Source: Pirellulaceae bacterium
GTDB taxonomy: Bacteria; Planctomycetota; Planctomycetia; Pirellulales; Pirellulaceae
DNA length: 64,000 nt
NCBI GenBank assembly: GCA_963700815.1
Contig: CAVOZM010000019.1
Span: 38,840 to 102,839, forward strand
Reading direction: 5' to 3'
The notes under the pieces: generated by a model
Told to the model about the DNA's origin: nothing
The model's database searches: none
The model's input: only the letters and a program-made list of their open reading frames with translations
Made by a program: the position numbers and the translations under genes
Shown here: positions 21,541 through 32,185 of the stretch, in pieces
Numbering within the stretch: the stretch's first letter is position 1
How the letters are laid out: every line of letters begins with the position of its first letter

Positions 21541-22245
21541 CTACCAAGCTCCAGCGGTTTCATCGCCGTCCATTCCCAGTCGGTTCTTCAAAATGTTAAA
21601 TTCGTCGAACAACCGTTCGCTGCTGCTGTGGACGTGTTCGGCTTCAGTAATGAACTGAATCTCTTGGTCAGGATAGACGTCGCCGCGAATCAAAGCGGAT
21701 TCAAAGTCGTTCAACGGTTTTCCGTACATGATTAGCAGTTTGTGTTCATCCAGTTGAACTTCTTGTCGCTTGGATGGATTGATGACCGCGATTCCCGTGC
21801 ATCCGTCGTTCAGTAACAAGTCTTCGAACTCCAGTAGAATACTTTTGAGGACCGGCATATCGATGTGTTCACGGTACAGGTCTTCGTGGTCCGCCCCCCC
21901 GCGATGGCTGGTTTCCAGGACAACGTCAACGACCGAACCGAGTGGCTCGATCAGTTCCAGAAACAAGTCCATCAACCTATGCTGGGTTGCTGCCGCCATG
22001 ATCACAGGTGTTTTGGTTCCGCTGGATTCGTCCACGTATTCGTCGTGTCGAAAGCCCTGGCGCGGGACGATCTTTAGATCGTACGAAGGGCGTATTGCGT
22101 CGGTCAGATCGAAGACGCCGTAGGTGCGGATTCCCAGATGCGTCTGCAGTTCTTCGTCGCTAAGCGTTTCGAAGCTAACATCGGGAACGCTTCGAATCGC
22201 GTCGTCGCTAACACCGTTGCGGAGAATGCGTTTGAGAAAACCCAT
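21541..22245 (-). CDS. Conserved hypothetical protein
   Basis: Globular-looking acidic ORF; no family recognised. Confidence 0.7.
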   Translation of the reverse strand: MGFLKRILRNGVSDDAIRSVPDVSFETLSDEELQTHLGIRTYGVFDLTDAIRPSYDLKIVPRQGFRHDEYVDESSGTKTPVIMAAATQHRLMDLFLELIEPLGSVVDVVLETSHRGGADHEDLYREHIDMPVLKSILLEFEDLLLNDGCTGIAVINPSKRQEVQLDEHKLLIMYGKPLNDFESALIRGDVYPDQEIQFITEAEHVHSSSERLFDEFNILKNRLGMDGDETAGAW

Positions 22246-22606
22246 AGCGTATTCCGATCTGACTTTCCAAGAAAAATGTTTTTCCTGACCAGGACCCGAG
22301 ACATCGAGCGACCTCGTCGTTGATTTCGTACACACAACGCTAGGTCACATGTAAATCCAATCCTTCAATCGAGGCACTGGAACGTGAAAACATGGAGATC
22401 CGTTGGCACTACCGCTGGCCGATCCAACCCAATCGTTACAACCGGCACGGCATCCGGTTGCAGGCGGACGTTCAATCGCTGAGCAAACAGGGCGTCCAGA
22501 ACCGGCCACTGGCGGGCCTGAAACGCTAGGGCACTACGAGACAGGGGTAAGAAACCCATATAATGGCCACGTACTACGATTGGCGGCTCATACCATCAGC
22601 AGACCG

Positions 22607-24254
22607 ATGAAACAAACTTTTCTTACTCTGGTCCAGGCCCGAGCGGGGCTACCGACAGCGACGGCATTCCTGACAATTTTGGTCGCGGCGTTTGGATTGG
22701 TGGCTGGCTGCGACTTACCGGATCGGCCGAAATTGGATGTGGTCGCGTCGTCAGCACCGCGTCCGACCGGGATTCCGGTCAATGACGAAATATTGGAGCC
22801 GCCGACGGCATTGGATCAGCCGACATTCGAAACCTGGGACGCTTATTTCATCAACAATAAGCATATCGGCTATAGCCATGTCACTGCCTCGCCGACAACG
22901 TCCGCCACGAGTGGCGATGTGCTTTTTGAGTTAGACCATCGGATCTATCAATTCAAGGCAAACGGTGCCCGTGTCCTGCAACGTTTGGTCATGAGCAGCA
23001 ATGAGTCCACCGACGGACGGCTCGTCGGATTCGATGGGGCACAGCAGCTTGGATTAGCACTCACTCGGTCTACTGGATCACTGGATGGTTCAAATTTAGT
23101 CATTGAGGTCCGGAACGGTAGTAAAACGGAACGGACCGAGATCCCTTGGGAATACAATTACCGTGGCATGTTCGCTGTCGAACAGTCGTTGAGAGCGAAG
23201 CCAATGACCGAAAACGGAGAGACTCGGGCGCTAAAAATGCTTATTCCGGGGCGATACGAACTAGCCACTGCGAGGTTGCGATGCAGTGGAACGGCAGTGG
23301 TTCCACTGATGGATGGGTCGGAGCAAGAATTGACCGAGATCAACGTTCAAATCGAATCCGAAAATACCGCTCCGATCTATATCGGCATTTTGGACCGACG
23401 CCGATGGCAAGGTTGTGCGAACGTTCTCATCGGCGCAAAACATCATTGCTTATCGAACAGATCAAGCAAAAGCGACTCAGATTGAAAACGACAATCTTGT
23501 TCCGGTATCGATTGCCGTCGGCGGGAAAATGGAACGACCTAACGAGGTAAGACGGGTCGCGTTTCGGGTCCGCAGTACTGCCGGATCGGATGGGGAAGCA
23601 GCGGTTCAGATCAAGCCCGGGCCAGGACAGTTTGTTCGTTCGACCGAGAATGGAGAGACACAAGTTCTGGTAAGCCGGCAGGAGGAGAAGCCAACAGGTG
23701 GATTCATTGCCGACGAACCGATCCCGACGTCTGAGGATACGCGTGCCAATTTCTTCGTGGATAGCGATTCCGATATCGTTATCAAGTTTGCGGACGCTGC
23801 GATCGGGAAGCGAAAACTGTCCAAGTTGGAACTTGCCAGAGAGCTCGCTGGGACGGCAAAGCGGATGGTCGTTTCGAAACCTGATCGTTGTGGTCTCGTC
23901 AAAGCCTCGGAGGTTGCACGGGTTGGAAGTGGGGACTGCGCACAGACCGCCGTGTTGCTGGCGGCTCTTCTGCGGACGCAGAAAATACCCTCACGCATCG
24001 CGGTCGGTTTGCGATTCTCTCCTGAAACGGAGTTCCCGCCGAAACCGCAACAGATGATTGCCCACGTTTGGACTTTGGCTTACACGGGTGACCAATGGGT
24101 TCATCTGGATGCAACGGAAGGAGATGTGGCAGCTGCCGACCGCATCTTGTTCGCCACAACGAACCTGGGCGAAGGAAACGAAAATGAAGTATTCGATGCA
24201 ATTATCAGCGACATCGGTCGCTTGGAAATCGATGTGCTGACCGCCAAGTACTAA
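22607..24254 (+). CDS. Transglutaminase-like domain lipoprotein (frameshift near 23385)
   Basis: Lipobox LVAGC; C-terminal triad GDC, AHVW, LDAT; ORFs 22403-23485 and 23415-24254 join. Confidence 0.8.
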
Positions 24255-24259
24255 GGTTG

Positions 24260-24280
24260 ACTAGCCGAGGATCGGCTAGT
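24260..24280. terminator. Hairpin between convergent genes
   Basis: ACTAGCCGA-gga-TCGGCTAGT; no U-tract. Confidence 0.35.
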
Positions 24281-24722
24281 ACCGAAGCAGGATTTTTTCG
24301 ATGGCAGCCAAAATTGGATCGATCGTTTGAGTTTGTATTTTGTGCGGCGGATTCCAAGGGAACCAACAAGCCGACTCGTGTTCGGTTAGAGTTAATTTCG
24401 GCTTTGCATCGACAAAGCCAAGAAAGTATCGAACGTGTTTTTGAAAAACTTGATCGCCCCATTTTTTGTATGTGACCGGATACACCAGATCAAAATGAAA
24501 TTCAGGTTTGATCGAAATCGCATCGGCAGAAATCCCCGTTTCCTCCTCTGTTTCTCGCAAAGCAGTTTCGATAAGTGTTTCGCCGTTTTCACAATGACCT
24601 TTGGGTAAGTCCCAGCGCCGAGCGTGCCGCATCAATAAAAATTCGGGGGCGTCAGGGAAATTGGTCATCAACAGGATTCCGGCCGCTTTAACGACTTGTC
24701 CTGGTTTTTTCTTAGCAGGCAC
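24276..24722 (-). CDS. NUDIX hydrolase, asymmetrical Ap4A hydrolase-like
   Basis: KAAGILL, WDLPKGH, Nudix box GETLIETALRETEEETG; probable GTG start. Confidence 0.85.
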   Translation of the reverse strand: MPAKKKPGQVVKAAGILLMTNFPDAPEFLLMRHARRWDLPKGHCENGETLIETALRETEEETGISADAISIKPEFHFDLVYPVTYKKWGDQVFQKHVRYFLGFVDAKPKLTLTEHESACWFPWNPPHKIQTQTIDPILAAIEKILLRY

Positions 24723-24787
24723 GTAGACGATCGTATGACGCAGTTGAGTGGGAGAAATGACCGGAAAGTTCACCGGCGGAGTAACAC

Positions 24788-25351
24788 ATGAAAATTTACA
24801 CGCGAACCGGTGACGGCGGCAGTACCGGATTGTTTGGCGGTCCTCGCGTCGCCAAGGATGATCGACGTATCGAAGCCTACGGAACGGTCGATGAACTGAA
24901 TGCGGCAATCGGTCTGATTCGATCGGCCGGCGTCAGTTCGCAGGTTGATTTACAGCTGGAAATGATTCAACACGAGTTGTTTTCCATCGGAGCGGAGCTG
25001 GCCACACCAAACCCCGACCAGCACGCGATGCGGATCATCGGGGCGTCGCACATCGAGCGACTAGAAACGTGGATTGACCAACACGAGAGCACGTTGCCGG
25101 AACTGAAGAATTTCATTTTGCCCTGCGGTGACATGGCGACCACTAGCACCCATTTAGCGCGGTCGATCTGCCGCCGCGCCGAACGCCGTGTGGTCACGTT
25201 GGCGGGACAGGTGGGTGACGCCGAATCGTCGATTTCAAACGAATTGATCGTCTACTTGAACCGTCTCAGCGATTTCCTGTTTGTCTTGGCCAGAGCCGTG
25301 AATCAGGCCGCTGGCAAGGCCGAGATCGCATGGAAGCGGCCCCAGGGATGA
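24788..25351 (+). CDS. pduO: ATP:cob(I)alamin adenosyltransferase (PduO type)
   Basis: MKIYTRTGDGG.T, AYGTVDELN, FILP, RSICRRAER, YLNRLSDFLF. Confidence 0.93.
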   Translation: MKIYTRTGDGGSTGLFGGPRVAKDDRRIEAYGTVDELNAAIGLIRSAGVSSQVDLQLEMIQHELFSIGAELATPNPDQHAMRIIGASHIERLETWIDQHESTLPELKNFILPCGDMATTSTHLARSICRRAERRVVTLAGQVGDAESSISNELIVYLNRLSDFLFVLARAVNQAAGKAEIAWKRPQG

Positions 25352-25474
25352 CTCGCTTCACAAATGGGTGAATCGGAATCGATTCGGTGTCCTGCGGGAG
25401 TTTTTCGAAGTGTCGCAGATAGTTCACCCCGTTCCGTTGGCGTCCTGTTCCCCGTTGGATCGCCGGTCGGCTAA

Positions 25475-25870
<396 letters not shown>

Positions 25871-25965
25871 AAAACTGGAATAGGCTTCCACCTGTCATTC
25901 CGGTATCAGCATTCGCTGACGACTTTGCAAGCCTATCCTACATCCAATTTTATGGCTGATTGTCC

Positions 25966-28581
25966 ATGCGATCGATTGTTTTGCGTTGTCGCGAAATGCT
26001 TCGAGAAGGTCGCGAGAAGGCACACCAACAACACCTCGCCGGCACATCGGGCGTGCATGTGTCGAACCAGTTGGCCGATCTGTACGACGATGTCGTATTG
26101 GATATCTGGCACGAGGCGATTCGCGAACACACGACCGATCAGCGTCTCAGTGGATTGTCGCTGGTAGCCCATGGCGGATTTGGTCGCCGTGATCTATCGC
26201 CATATTCAGACGCCGACCTGATGTTGCTGACGACGGCCCGTAGCGAATCATTGGCGAAAAAAATCGCGGGCAACTTGACACGCGATCTAACCGATTCGGG
26301 AATTGTTCCGGGGCTGTCGATACGACTTCCTAAGGAAGCTTGTCGATTGGCGTGGAATGATGCTGTGGTTTACAGCTCACTATGTGAATCACGATTGTTG
26401 GCTGGAAGTTTGCACCTGTACAAAAAGTATTTTGATGCATTTCGCTTTGGTGCGATGCGACGCCACAAAAAGTTGATTCAAGAGGTTGTTGCGGCTCGTC
26501 GCGCCGAGCGTCAAAAGTGGGGAGAAACGAATTTCTTGTTGCGCCCCAATGTCAAGCGATCAAGAGGTGGGTTGCGGGATATTCAGTTGATTCGCTGGAT
26601 CGGTTTCGCCAAACATGGTGAGACAGATTTGGAAAAGTTGATCAAGTTAGGGGCATTACCAGAGGAGGATTACCGCCAGCTTCGAACAGCCTATGCATTC
26701 ATGTTGCGGCTCCGTCATGAACTCCATTTTCGTGAACAGAAAAGCCAAGACATCCTTGATCGGCCGACTCAGATGGAGATCGCCGAGGCCTGGGGATACC
26801 AAGGCAGCGAGGGAATGTTGCCTGTCGAGCAATTCATGCAAGACTACTTTGATAACACTCGCAATGTTCGCTACGCATCGGCCTACTTTGTCGACGACGC
26901 GCACAGTCGTCCGCTGGTACAACGCGCCGTGGAGCGAACGTTATCGCGAAAAATTGAAGAACAAATTCGCATGGGACCATCCCTGATTTGGGTTCCCAAC
27001 GATTACTTGCAGAATTTCGCCTCCAGTCTGCCCGACGTCATGCGATTGATGAGCCTGGCCAACAAGCATCGTCGTCGCATTTCGCACGAAACCTGGCAAG
27101 CGATTCGGAAAGCGATGCAAGATCGCGAACCCGCTCCGCCTGATGCGGAATCGATCGCGGCATTCCTTTCGTTGCTAAGCCAACCAGGGCACCTTGCCGA
27201 CCTGCTACGAAAACTGCATGAACTCAGGATTCTGGAACAGCTGATCCCCGAATTTAGGCGGATGCGCGGATTGCTGCAATTCAACGCTTACCACAAGTAC
27301 ACCGTTGACGCGCACAGTATTCGCGCCGTGGAAGCGGCGACCGACCTGGAAAATGATTCAAGTGGCATGGGACGCCGATATCGACGCCAAGCAAACAAAG
27401 GTCTGCTGCACTTGGCACTGTTGATTCATGACATCGGTAAGGGATACGAAGAAGACCACAGTATCGTCGGCGCGAGAATTGCACGCGTTACTGCCGAGCG
27501 GTTGAAATTGGATGCCGATGATGCGGATACTCTTGAATGGTTGGTGTTGAAACATTTGGCCGTGAATGTGGTTGCCTTTCGACATAACCTTAGCGATCCG
27601 CAGATTGTTGTCTCGTTTGCTCGCGAGGTAGGATCGATTCGACGGTTGGAACTATTGGTGCTTCACACCTACGCCGACTTGGCCGCCGTCGGACCGGACG
27701 TGGCAACGGACTGGAAATTGAATCTGATCGAGGAGTTGTACAAGCGAACGCGGCACTACTTTGATTCGGGAAGTCTGCCCGGTAGTCCTGACGATCCGGG
27801 TACCGAGGCCAAGCGGGCGGAGATCAAGGAGCAACTTGGCAAGATTGATGCGTCAGAGTTTTGCTATGAACTGATGGACAAACTTCCGTTGTCACTCCTC
27901 GGCAACAGCGATCCGGTCGAATTGGCGGCTGACATGCAGTTGGTTGGCGAGCACTTTGGAAAAGAGGACAGCGCGATTTGTCTCGCTCGATATGAGGAGC
28001 AATCGCAAGCGATTCACTATACAATCATCCGACGCGAGGACGGCCTGACCGTCGGTACTTTTGCTCGCGTTTGCGGCGCGCTCAGTGCTAGCGGAGTTGA
28101 GATCATGCGCGCTCGGATTGAAATGGCAGGCGATTTGGTTTGGGACGATTTCTGGGTCAATGACCTTCAGTATCCCGATTCGAAGCCTCCTCAGTCTCGA
28201 ATGAAAGAAATTGGCAACAAGGTTCGCTTCCTATTGGATTCACCTGATGAACCAATACCGGCGCCACGCAAGATCTGGAATGCGCACCGCAGCAACGAGG
28301 GCGACAGCGTCAACGTGTTGCCAAAAAAGGTTGTGTTCGACAACAACTCGATTGACCGCTACACAATCGTTTCGATTTTTGCTTACAACGAAGTCGGTCT
28401 TCTATATCGGATCGCCGATGCATTCGCAGCGCAAAACGCAGTACTACATTTCGCAAAGATCGATACGCACCTCGATCAGGTTGCGGACGTCTTTTATGTT
28501 TCTGAGCTAGATGGGTCGCGGATTACCGATTCGGAACGACAGCGGGAGATCCGCGAGGCGTTATTGGCAGCGACAAAATGA
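25966..28581 (+). CDS. glnD: [Protein-PII] uridylyltransferase / uridylyl-removing enzyme
   Basis: GGFGRRDLSPYSDADL, NVKRSRGGLRD, YHKYTVDAH, HDIGKG, C-terminal ACT domains; follows glnB. Confidence 0.96.
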   Translation: MRSIVLRCREMLREGREKAHQQHLAGTSGVHVSNQLADLYDDVVLDIWHEAIREHTTDQRLSGLSLVAHGGFGRRDLSPYSDADLMLLTTARSESLAKKIAGNLTRDLTDSGIVPGLSIRLPKEACRLAWNDAVVYSSLCESRLLAGSLHLYKKYFDAFRFGAMRRHKKLIQEVVAARRAERQKWGETNFLLRPNVKRSRGGLRDIQLIRWIGFAKHGETDLEKLIKLGALPEEDYRQLRTAYAFMLRLRHELHFREQKSQDILDRPTQMEIAEAWGYQGSEGMLPVEQFMQDYFDNTRNVRYASAYFVDDAHSRPLVQRAVERTLSRKIEEQIRMGPSLIWVPNDYLQNFASSLPDVMRLMSLANKHRRRISHETWQAIRKAMQDREPAPPDAESIAAFLSLLSQPGHLADLLRKLHELRILEQLIPEFRRMRGLLQFNAYHKYTVDAHSIRAVEAATDLENDSSGMGRRYRRQANKGLLHLALLIHDIGKGYEEDHSIVGARIARVTAERLKLDADDADTLEWLVLKHLAVNVVAFRHNLSDPQIVVSFAREVGSIRRLELLVLHTYADLAAVGPDVATDWKLNLIEELYKRTRHYFDSGSLPGSPDDPGTEAKRAEIKEQLGKIDASEFCYELMDKLPLSLLGNSDPVELAADMQLVGEHFGKEDSAICLARYEEQSQAIHYTIIRREDGLTVGTFARVCGALSASGVEIMRARIEMAGDLVWDDFWVNDLQYPDSKPPQSRMKEIGNKVRFLLDSPDEPIPAPRKIWNAHRSNEGDSVNVLPKKVVFDNNSIDRYTIVSIFAYNEVGLLYRIADAFAAQNAVLHFAKIDTHLDQVADVFYVSELDGSRITDSERQREIREALLAATK

Positions 28582-28803
28582 GCAAGATCGAGCCATTTGT
28601 TAAGCTTTGACGGTCAGGCAGGATCGCGAAAGTATTCATCTTTCCCGGATTTCACCGACCGGCATTTGCCAAAAGGAGTTTCTTTTACTTGGTTTCATTT
28701 GCCACCCTCTTGACGCGCGGCAATGTTTCAGTGGTTCATTAACCACATGATCGCTCGGCGAACTCTTCCACACCCATCGGCAAGCTTAATGACTTGTCAA
28801 ACA

Positions 28804-28945
28804 AACGGGAGTTCAACCAAGCGGTCGCCAATTCATCGGTTATTGCCCAGGAAGATCGTCGCAGGACAACCATCCCAGGGCATGGAAACGGATGAGTCGG
28901 CGGACTTGAACTAAGACCTTCCCCCAAACCTCCATACAAGGATGT
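28804..28945 (+). promoter_or_regulatory. GGA-rich leader with putative CsrA/RsmA binding sites
   Basis: ATACAAGGATGT (28934-28945) matches the CsrA SELEX consensus RUACARGGAUGU and overlaps the RBS; six more GGA motifs upstream. Confidence 0.55.
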
Positions 28946-28952
28946 TTCACTC

Positions 28953-29633
28953 ATGCGTAAGTCAGCACTCGCGATAGCATTTTTCGCTACCCTTTCCACC
29001 TCTGTTACCGTGCAAGCCGATGATTTCAGTGCCCTTTTGGCCGACTTGAGCTTTGGTGACGCACCTGCCTTGAACGAGACACTCACCGTCACATCCGAGG
29101 TTCCTCTGGTGTCGTTGCAGAGCCCAGTTTCCAAAGCCACAGATTCCATAGCCACAGATTCCAAAACAGCAGCCCCAGACGCATCACAGTCGGTCGAGAA
29201 TCATTTTGACTTGGACGCCGCGTTCGCACTTCAGGAATCGAAGGCGGGCGTACCGGCTCAAACCGTCGGGCACGTGCTGCACCAGGATGACAAATGCGGA
29301 TGCGATGCGCCGGAACCTGAATTTGTGTGCACGCCTCACACTCCAGCCAGCTTGCCTACATCCTCGTTTTATCAGTATTTCCGCAGCAACAAATGCAATA
29401 CGCACGTTTGGGACGGCTACCGACAACCATGCCGCCACTCCAACGCCCACGTCAACGGGACGTGCGACTGTTTCAAGGAAAAAGAGCACAGCTGTCAGAC
29501 TGGCTGTGGCGAAATCCTTGAGTGCAGCGATTGCAATGTGCCACGGCGACATATCCAGCTGCCAGAGCGGATCATGCCGGTCAAGAAAAACTGTGACGCT
29601 CCCACAAGCTGCAGTACCGGATGTGACGGCTAG
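28953..29633 (+). CDS. Secreted Cys/His-rich hypothetical protein
   Basis: Signal peptide MRKSALAIAFFATLSTSVTVQA; 14 Cys in the C-terminal half; internal 15-bp duplication (ATDS x2). Confidence 0.75.
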   Translation: MRKSALAIAFFATLSTSVTVQADDFSALLADLSFGDAPALNETLTVTSEVPLVSLQSPVSKATDSIATDSKTAAPDASQSVENHFDLDAAFALQESKAGVPAQTVGHVLHQDDKCGCDAPEPEFVCTPHTPASLPTSSFYQYFRSNKCNTHVWDGYRQPCRHSNAHVNGTCDCFKEKEHSCQTGCGEILECSDCNVPRRHIQLPERIMPVKKNCDAPTSCSTGCDG

Positions 29634-29674
29634 GTAATTTTCAGCACGCCACTACGTAAGAAGTTAAAAAAAAT

Positions 29675-29829
29675 CCCTGCCCAATCATGGTTCTGTTTCA
29701 GGCACCAAGGTGGCTGTGCCGATCAGTCTTATACCATGGATTGGGAGGGTGGAACGATCGGTGCCATCGTTCCAGCAATGAAGGGGCCATGGTGAGGCAG
29801 GGAGGGCTTCACCATGGCCCTTCTCTTTT
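29675..29829 (+). ncRNA. Putative structured RNA (three hairpins, last one terminator-like)
   Basis: Stem 1 CCCTGCCCAATCATGGT...ACCATGGATTGGGAGGG with inner GGCAC/GTGCC; stem 2 TGGAACGAT/ATCGTTCCA; stem 3 GAAGGGGCCATGGTGAGGC-AGGGAGG-GCTTCACCATGGCCCTTC followed by TCTTTT; a G-U pair favours the + strand. Confidence 0.5.
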
Positions 29830-29989
29830 GCGCTGATCAGTCTCCAGCGTCGTGCGATTCGTCCCCAAGCCAAGTCATGACTGGCTCCAGGCGAGATTCT
29901 GATCTTCAGTTCAGCGGCGATCCACCCCCGGACGCGAATCGAGTAACATTCGTTCTGATTCGTGTCATCTCGTCCCTAGGAATCGCACC

Positions 29990-30997
29990 ATGAAAGCTGT
30001 AGTACTGAAAGAAGCTGGCGGACCCGACAGCATCGTTGTCGACGAAGTCGAAACTCCGGAGCCCAACGCCGGTGAAGTTCGCGTCCGATTGAACGCATCG
30101 GCGCTGAACCGCCGTGACTATTGGATGACCAAGGGCCTCTATCCGGGGATGCAGCTTCCCTGTCGCCCAGGCAGTGACGGCGCTGGTGTGGTTGATTCGG
30201 TTGGAAGCGGTGTTGATGCAGCTCTGATTGGCAAAGAAGTCGTTGTCTATCCAGCCCGCGAATGGGGCGACGACCAACGAGCACCGGGCCCAGAATTTCG
30301 CGTGCTGGGAATGCCCGATGACGGCACGTTCGCAGAATACATCTGTACTCCCGCGACGACGGTCTACGACAAGCCGGCTCATTTGAGCTGGGAACAGGCG
30401 GCCGCAATTCCGCTTGCTGGATTGACCTCGTGGCGAGCCGCAGTGACGCATGCTGAAGTTCAGCCAGGTCACAAAGTACTGATCACCGGCGCCGGTGGTG
30501 GGGTCGCCACTTTCGCAATTCATTGGTGTGTCAGCAAAGGTGCTGATGTTTACGTCAGTAGCGGTAACGCCGAAAAAATCGCGGCAGCAAAATCACTCGG
30601 AGCGATTGACGGCGTCGATTATCACGACCAAGAGTGTTACAAGAAACTGAGGACGGCTGCCGGCGGATTCGATGTCATCATCGATAGCGCCGGTGGTGAT
30701 GCGCTCAATGCGATGATCGATGCGCTTCGCCCCGCCGGACGGTACGTCTTTTTTGGATCAACCCTTGGCAATCCCTCCAAGGGACTACCGATGGCGAAAT
30801 TGTTCTTCAAACAAGCGCGCATCCAAGGCACCACGATGGGATCACAAGCAGAGTTCGCTGCCATGCTGAATTGGGTTGCCCAAAAGAAGATCGAGCCAGT
30901 CGTCGATCGGGTCCTACCTTTGGCCGACGCCCGGGAAGGCTTTCGATTGATGGAAAACTTCGGCCATACCGGCAAGATTGTCTTGCAGAACACCTAG
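29990..30997 (+). CDS. MDR-family NADPH:quinone oxidoreductase / alcohol dehydrogenase-like
   Basis: LNRRD, PGSDGAG, GTFAEY, AAAIPLAGLT, ITGAGGGVA, GKIVL. Confidence 0.9.
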   Translation: MKAVVLKEAGGPDSIVVDEVETPEPNAGEVRVRLNASALNRRDYWMTKGLYPGMQLPCRPGSDGAGVVDSVGSGVDAALIGKEVVVYPAREWGDDQRAPGPEFRVLGMPDDGTFAEYICTPATTVYDKPAHLSWEQAAAIPLAGLTSWRAAVTHAEVQPGHKVLITGAGGGVATFAIHWCVSKGADVYVSSGNAEKIAAAKSLGAIDGVDYHDQECYKKLRTAAGGFDVIIDSAGGDALNAMIDALRPAGRYVFFGSTLGNPSKGLPMAKLFFKQARIQGTTMGSQAEFAAMLNWVAQKKIEPVVDRVLPLADAREGFRLMENFGHTGKIVLQNT

Positions 30998-31200
30998 TCC
31001 GGATCGTGAAGATTCACGGAGGTTTTTGGAAAATCTTCCCACGCTGGTGCGGTTTCACCCCTTCCTTGTCTCGCAAGGAAGCGATCTCGTCCGCATCGCG
31101 ATCTTCCGATTGACGCGATTCGAGGTCGGTCAATACTTGCGGTCGTGATCCAAACAATTGGGTTGTCGAAAGCCACCGCAGGGAAAAGGGAGATTTCACT

Positions 31201-32055
31201 ATGAAAACTGGACTACTAATCGACATGGATGGAGTGATCTATCGAGGCACTCAATTGATTCCTGGTGCTGATCGGTTCATCGAATCGTTGAAACGTGAAC
31301 GAATTCCGTTTTTGTTTTTGACCAACAATAGTCAACGGACTCAGCGCGATGTCGCGACAAAATTGGAGCGGATGGGGATCTTCGTTGATGCCCAGAATAT
31401 CTTCACGTGTGCAATGGCGACGGCTCAATATTTGGCCGCACGACGGCCATCGGGAACCGCCTACGTGATCGGCGAAGGTGGATTGTTGGAAGCCATGCAC
31501 CGCAACGGTTTTTCAATCGTCGATCAAGCACCAGATTTTGTTGTGGTAGGCGAGGGCAGGACGCTGACCTTGGATACTTTGGAGCGAGCGGTCAATATGA
31601 TTCTAGAAGGTGCCAAGCTGATCGCTACCAATTTGGATCCCAACTGCCCAACGAAATCGGGTACGCGCCCCGGTTGTGGGGCAACGGTTGCCTATTTGGA
31701 AGCCGTGACCGGAATCAAAGCTTTCGGCGTGGGCAAACCGAGTCCTATCATGATGCGCGCCGCACGCAAACAACTTGGTTTGGCGACCTCCCAAACCGTG
31801 ATGATCGGCGACACCATGGACACGGATATACTTGGCGGTGTGCAGATGGGATACCGCACCGTGTTAACCTTGACGGGGTCGACCAAGACATCCGACTTGG
31901 ATCACTATGCCTACGGTCCCGATATCGTTGTCGACTCGGTCGCGGATCTGCTGGACACCCGTCGGTTTCTTAGCCACGATCTGCCACAGGGGAACCAGGA
32001 CGATGATACGGTGACCAGTCTGGCCGCTTTACAAGCGGCGCAAATGGCGAACTGA
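31201..32055 (+). CDS. HAD-IIA family hydrolase (NagD-like)
   Basis: IDMDGVIY, LTNNS, GKPSP, MIGDTMDTDI. Confidence 0.92.
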   Translation: MKTGLLIDMDGVIYRGTQLIPGADRFIESLKRERIPFLFLTNNSQRTQRDVATKLERMGIFVDAQNIFTCAMATAQYLAARRPSGTAYVIGEGGLLEAMHRNGFSIVDQAPDFVVVGEGRTLTLDTLERAVNMILEGAKLIATNLDPNCPTKSGTRPGCGATVAYLEAVTGIKAFGVGKPSPIMMRAARKQLGLATSQTVMIGDTMDTDILGGVQMGYRTVLTLTGSTKTSDLDHYAYGPDIVVDSVADLLDTRRFLSHDLPQGNQDDDTVTSLAALQAAQMAN

Positions 32056-32083
32056 ATCAGACTGGAGCATTTTTGGAAATCAT

Positions 32084-32141
32084 TAGGCCTGGTTCGACCA
32101 GGAAATTCCGCCAATAGCGAATCAGGTTACTCCTGGCCTAC
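32084..32141. repeat. Inverted REP pair (TAGGCC...GGCCTAC family)
   Basis: TAGGCCTGGTTCGACCAGG...CAGGTTACTCCTGGCCTAC between convergent genes; related to 61337-61424. Confidence 0.55.
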
Positions 32142-32185
32142 GAGCTCGGAGCTCCCGACGGAACCAAGGTCGTGCACTTCGACGA

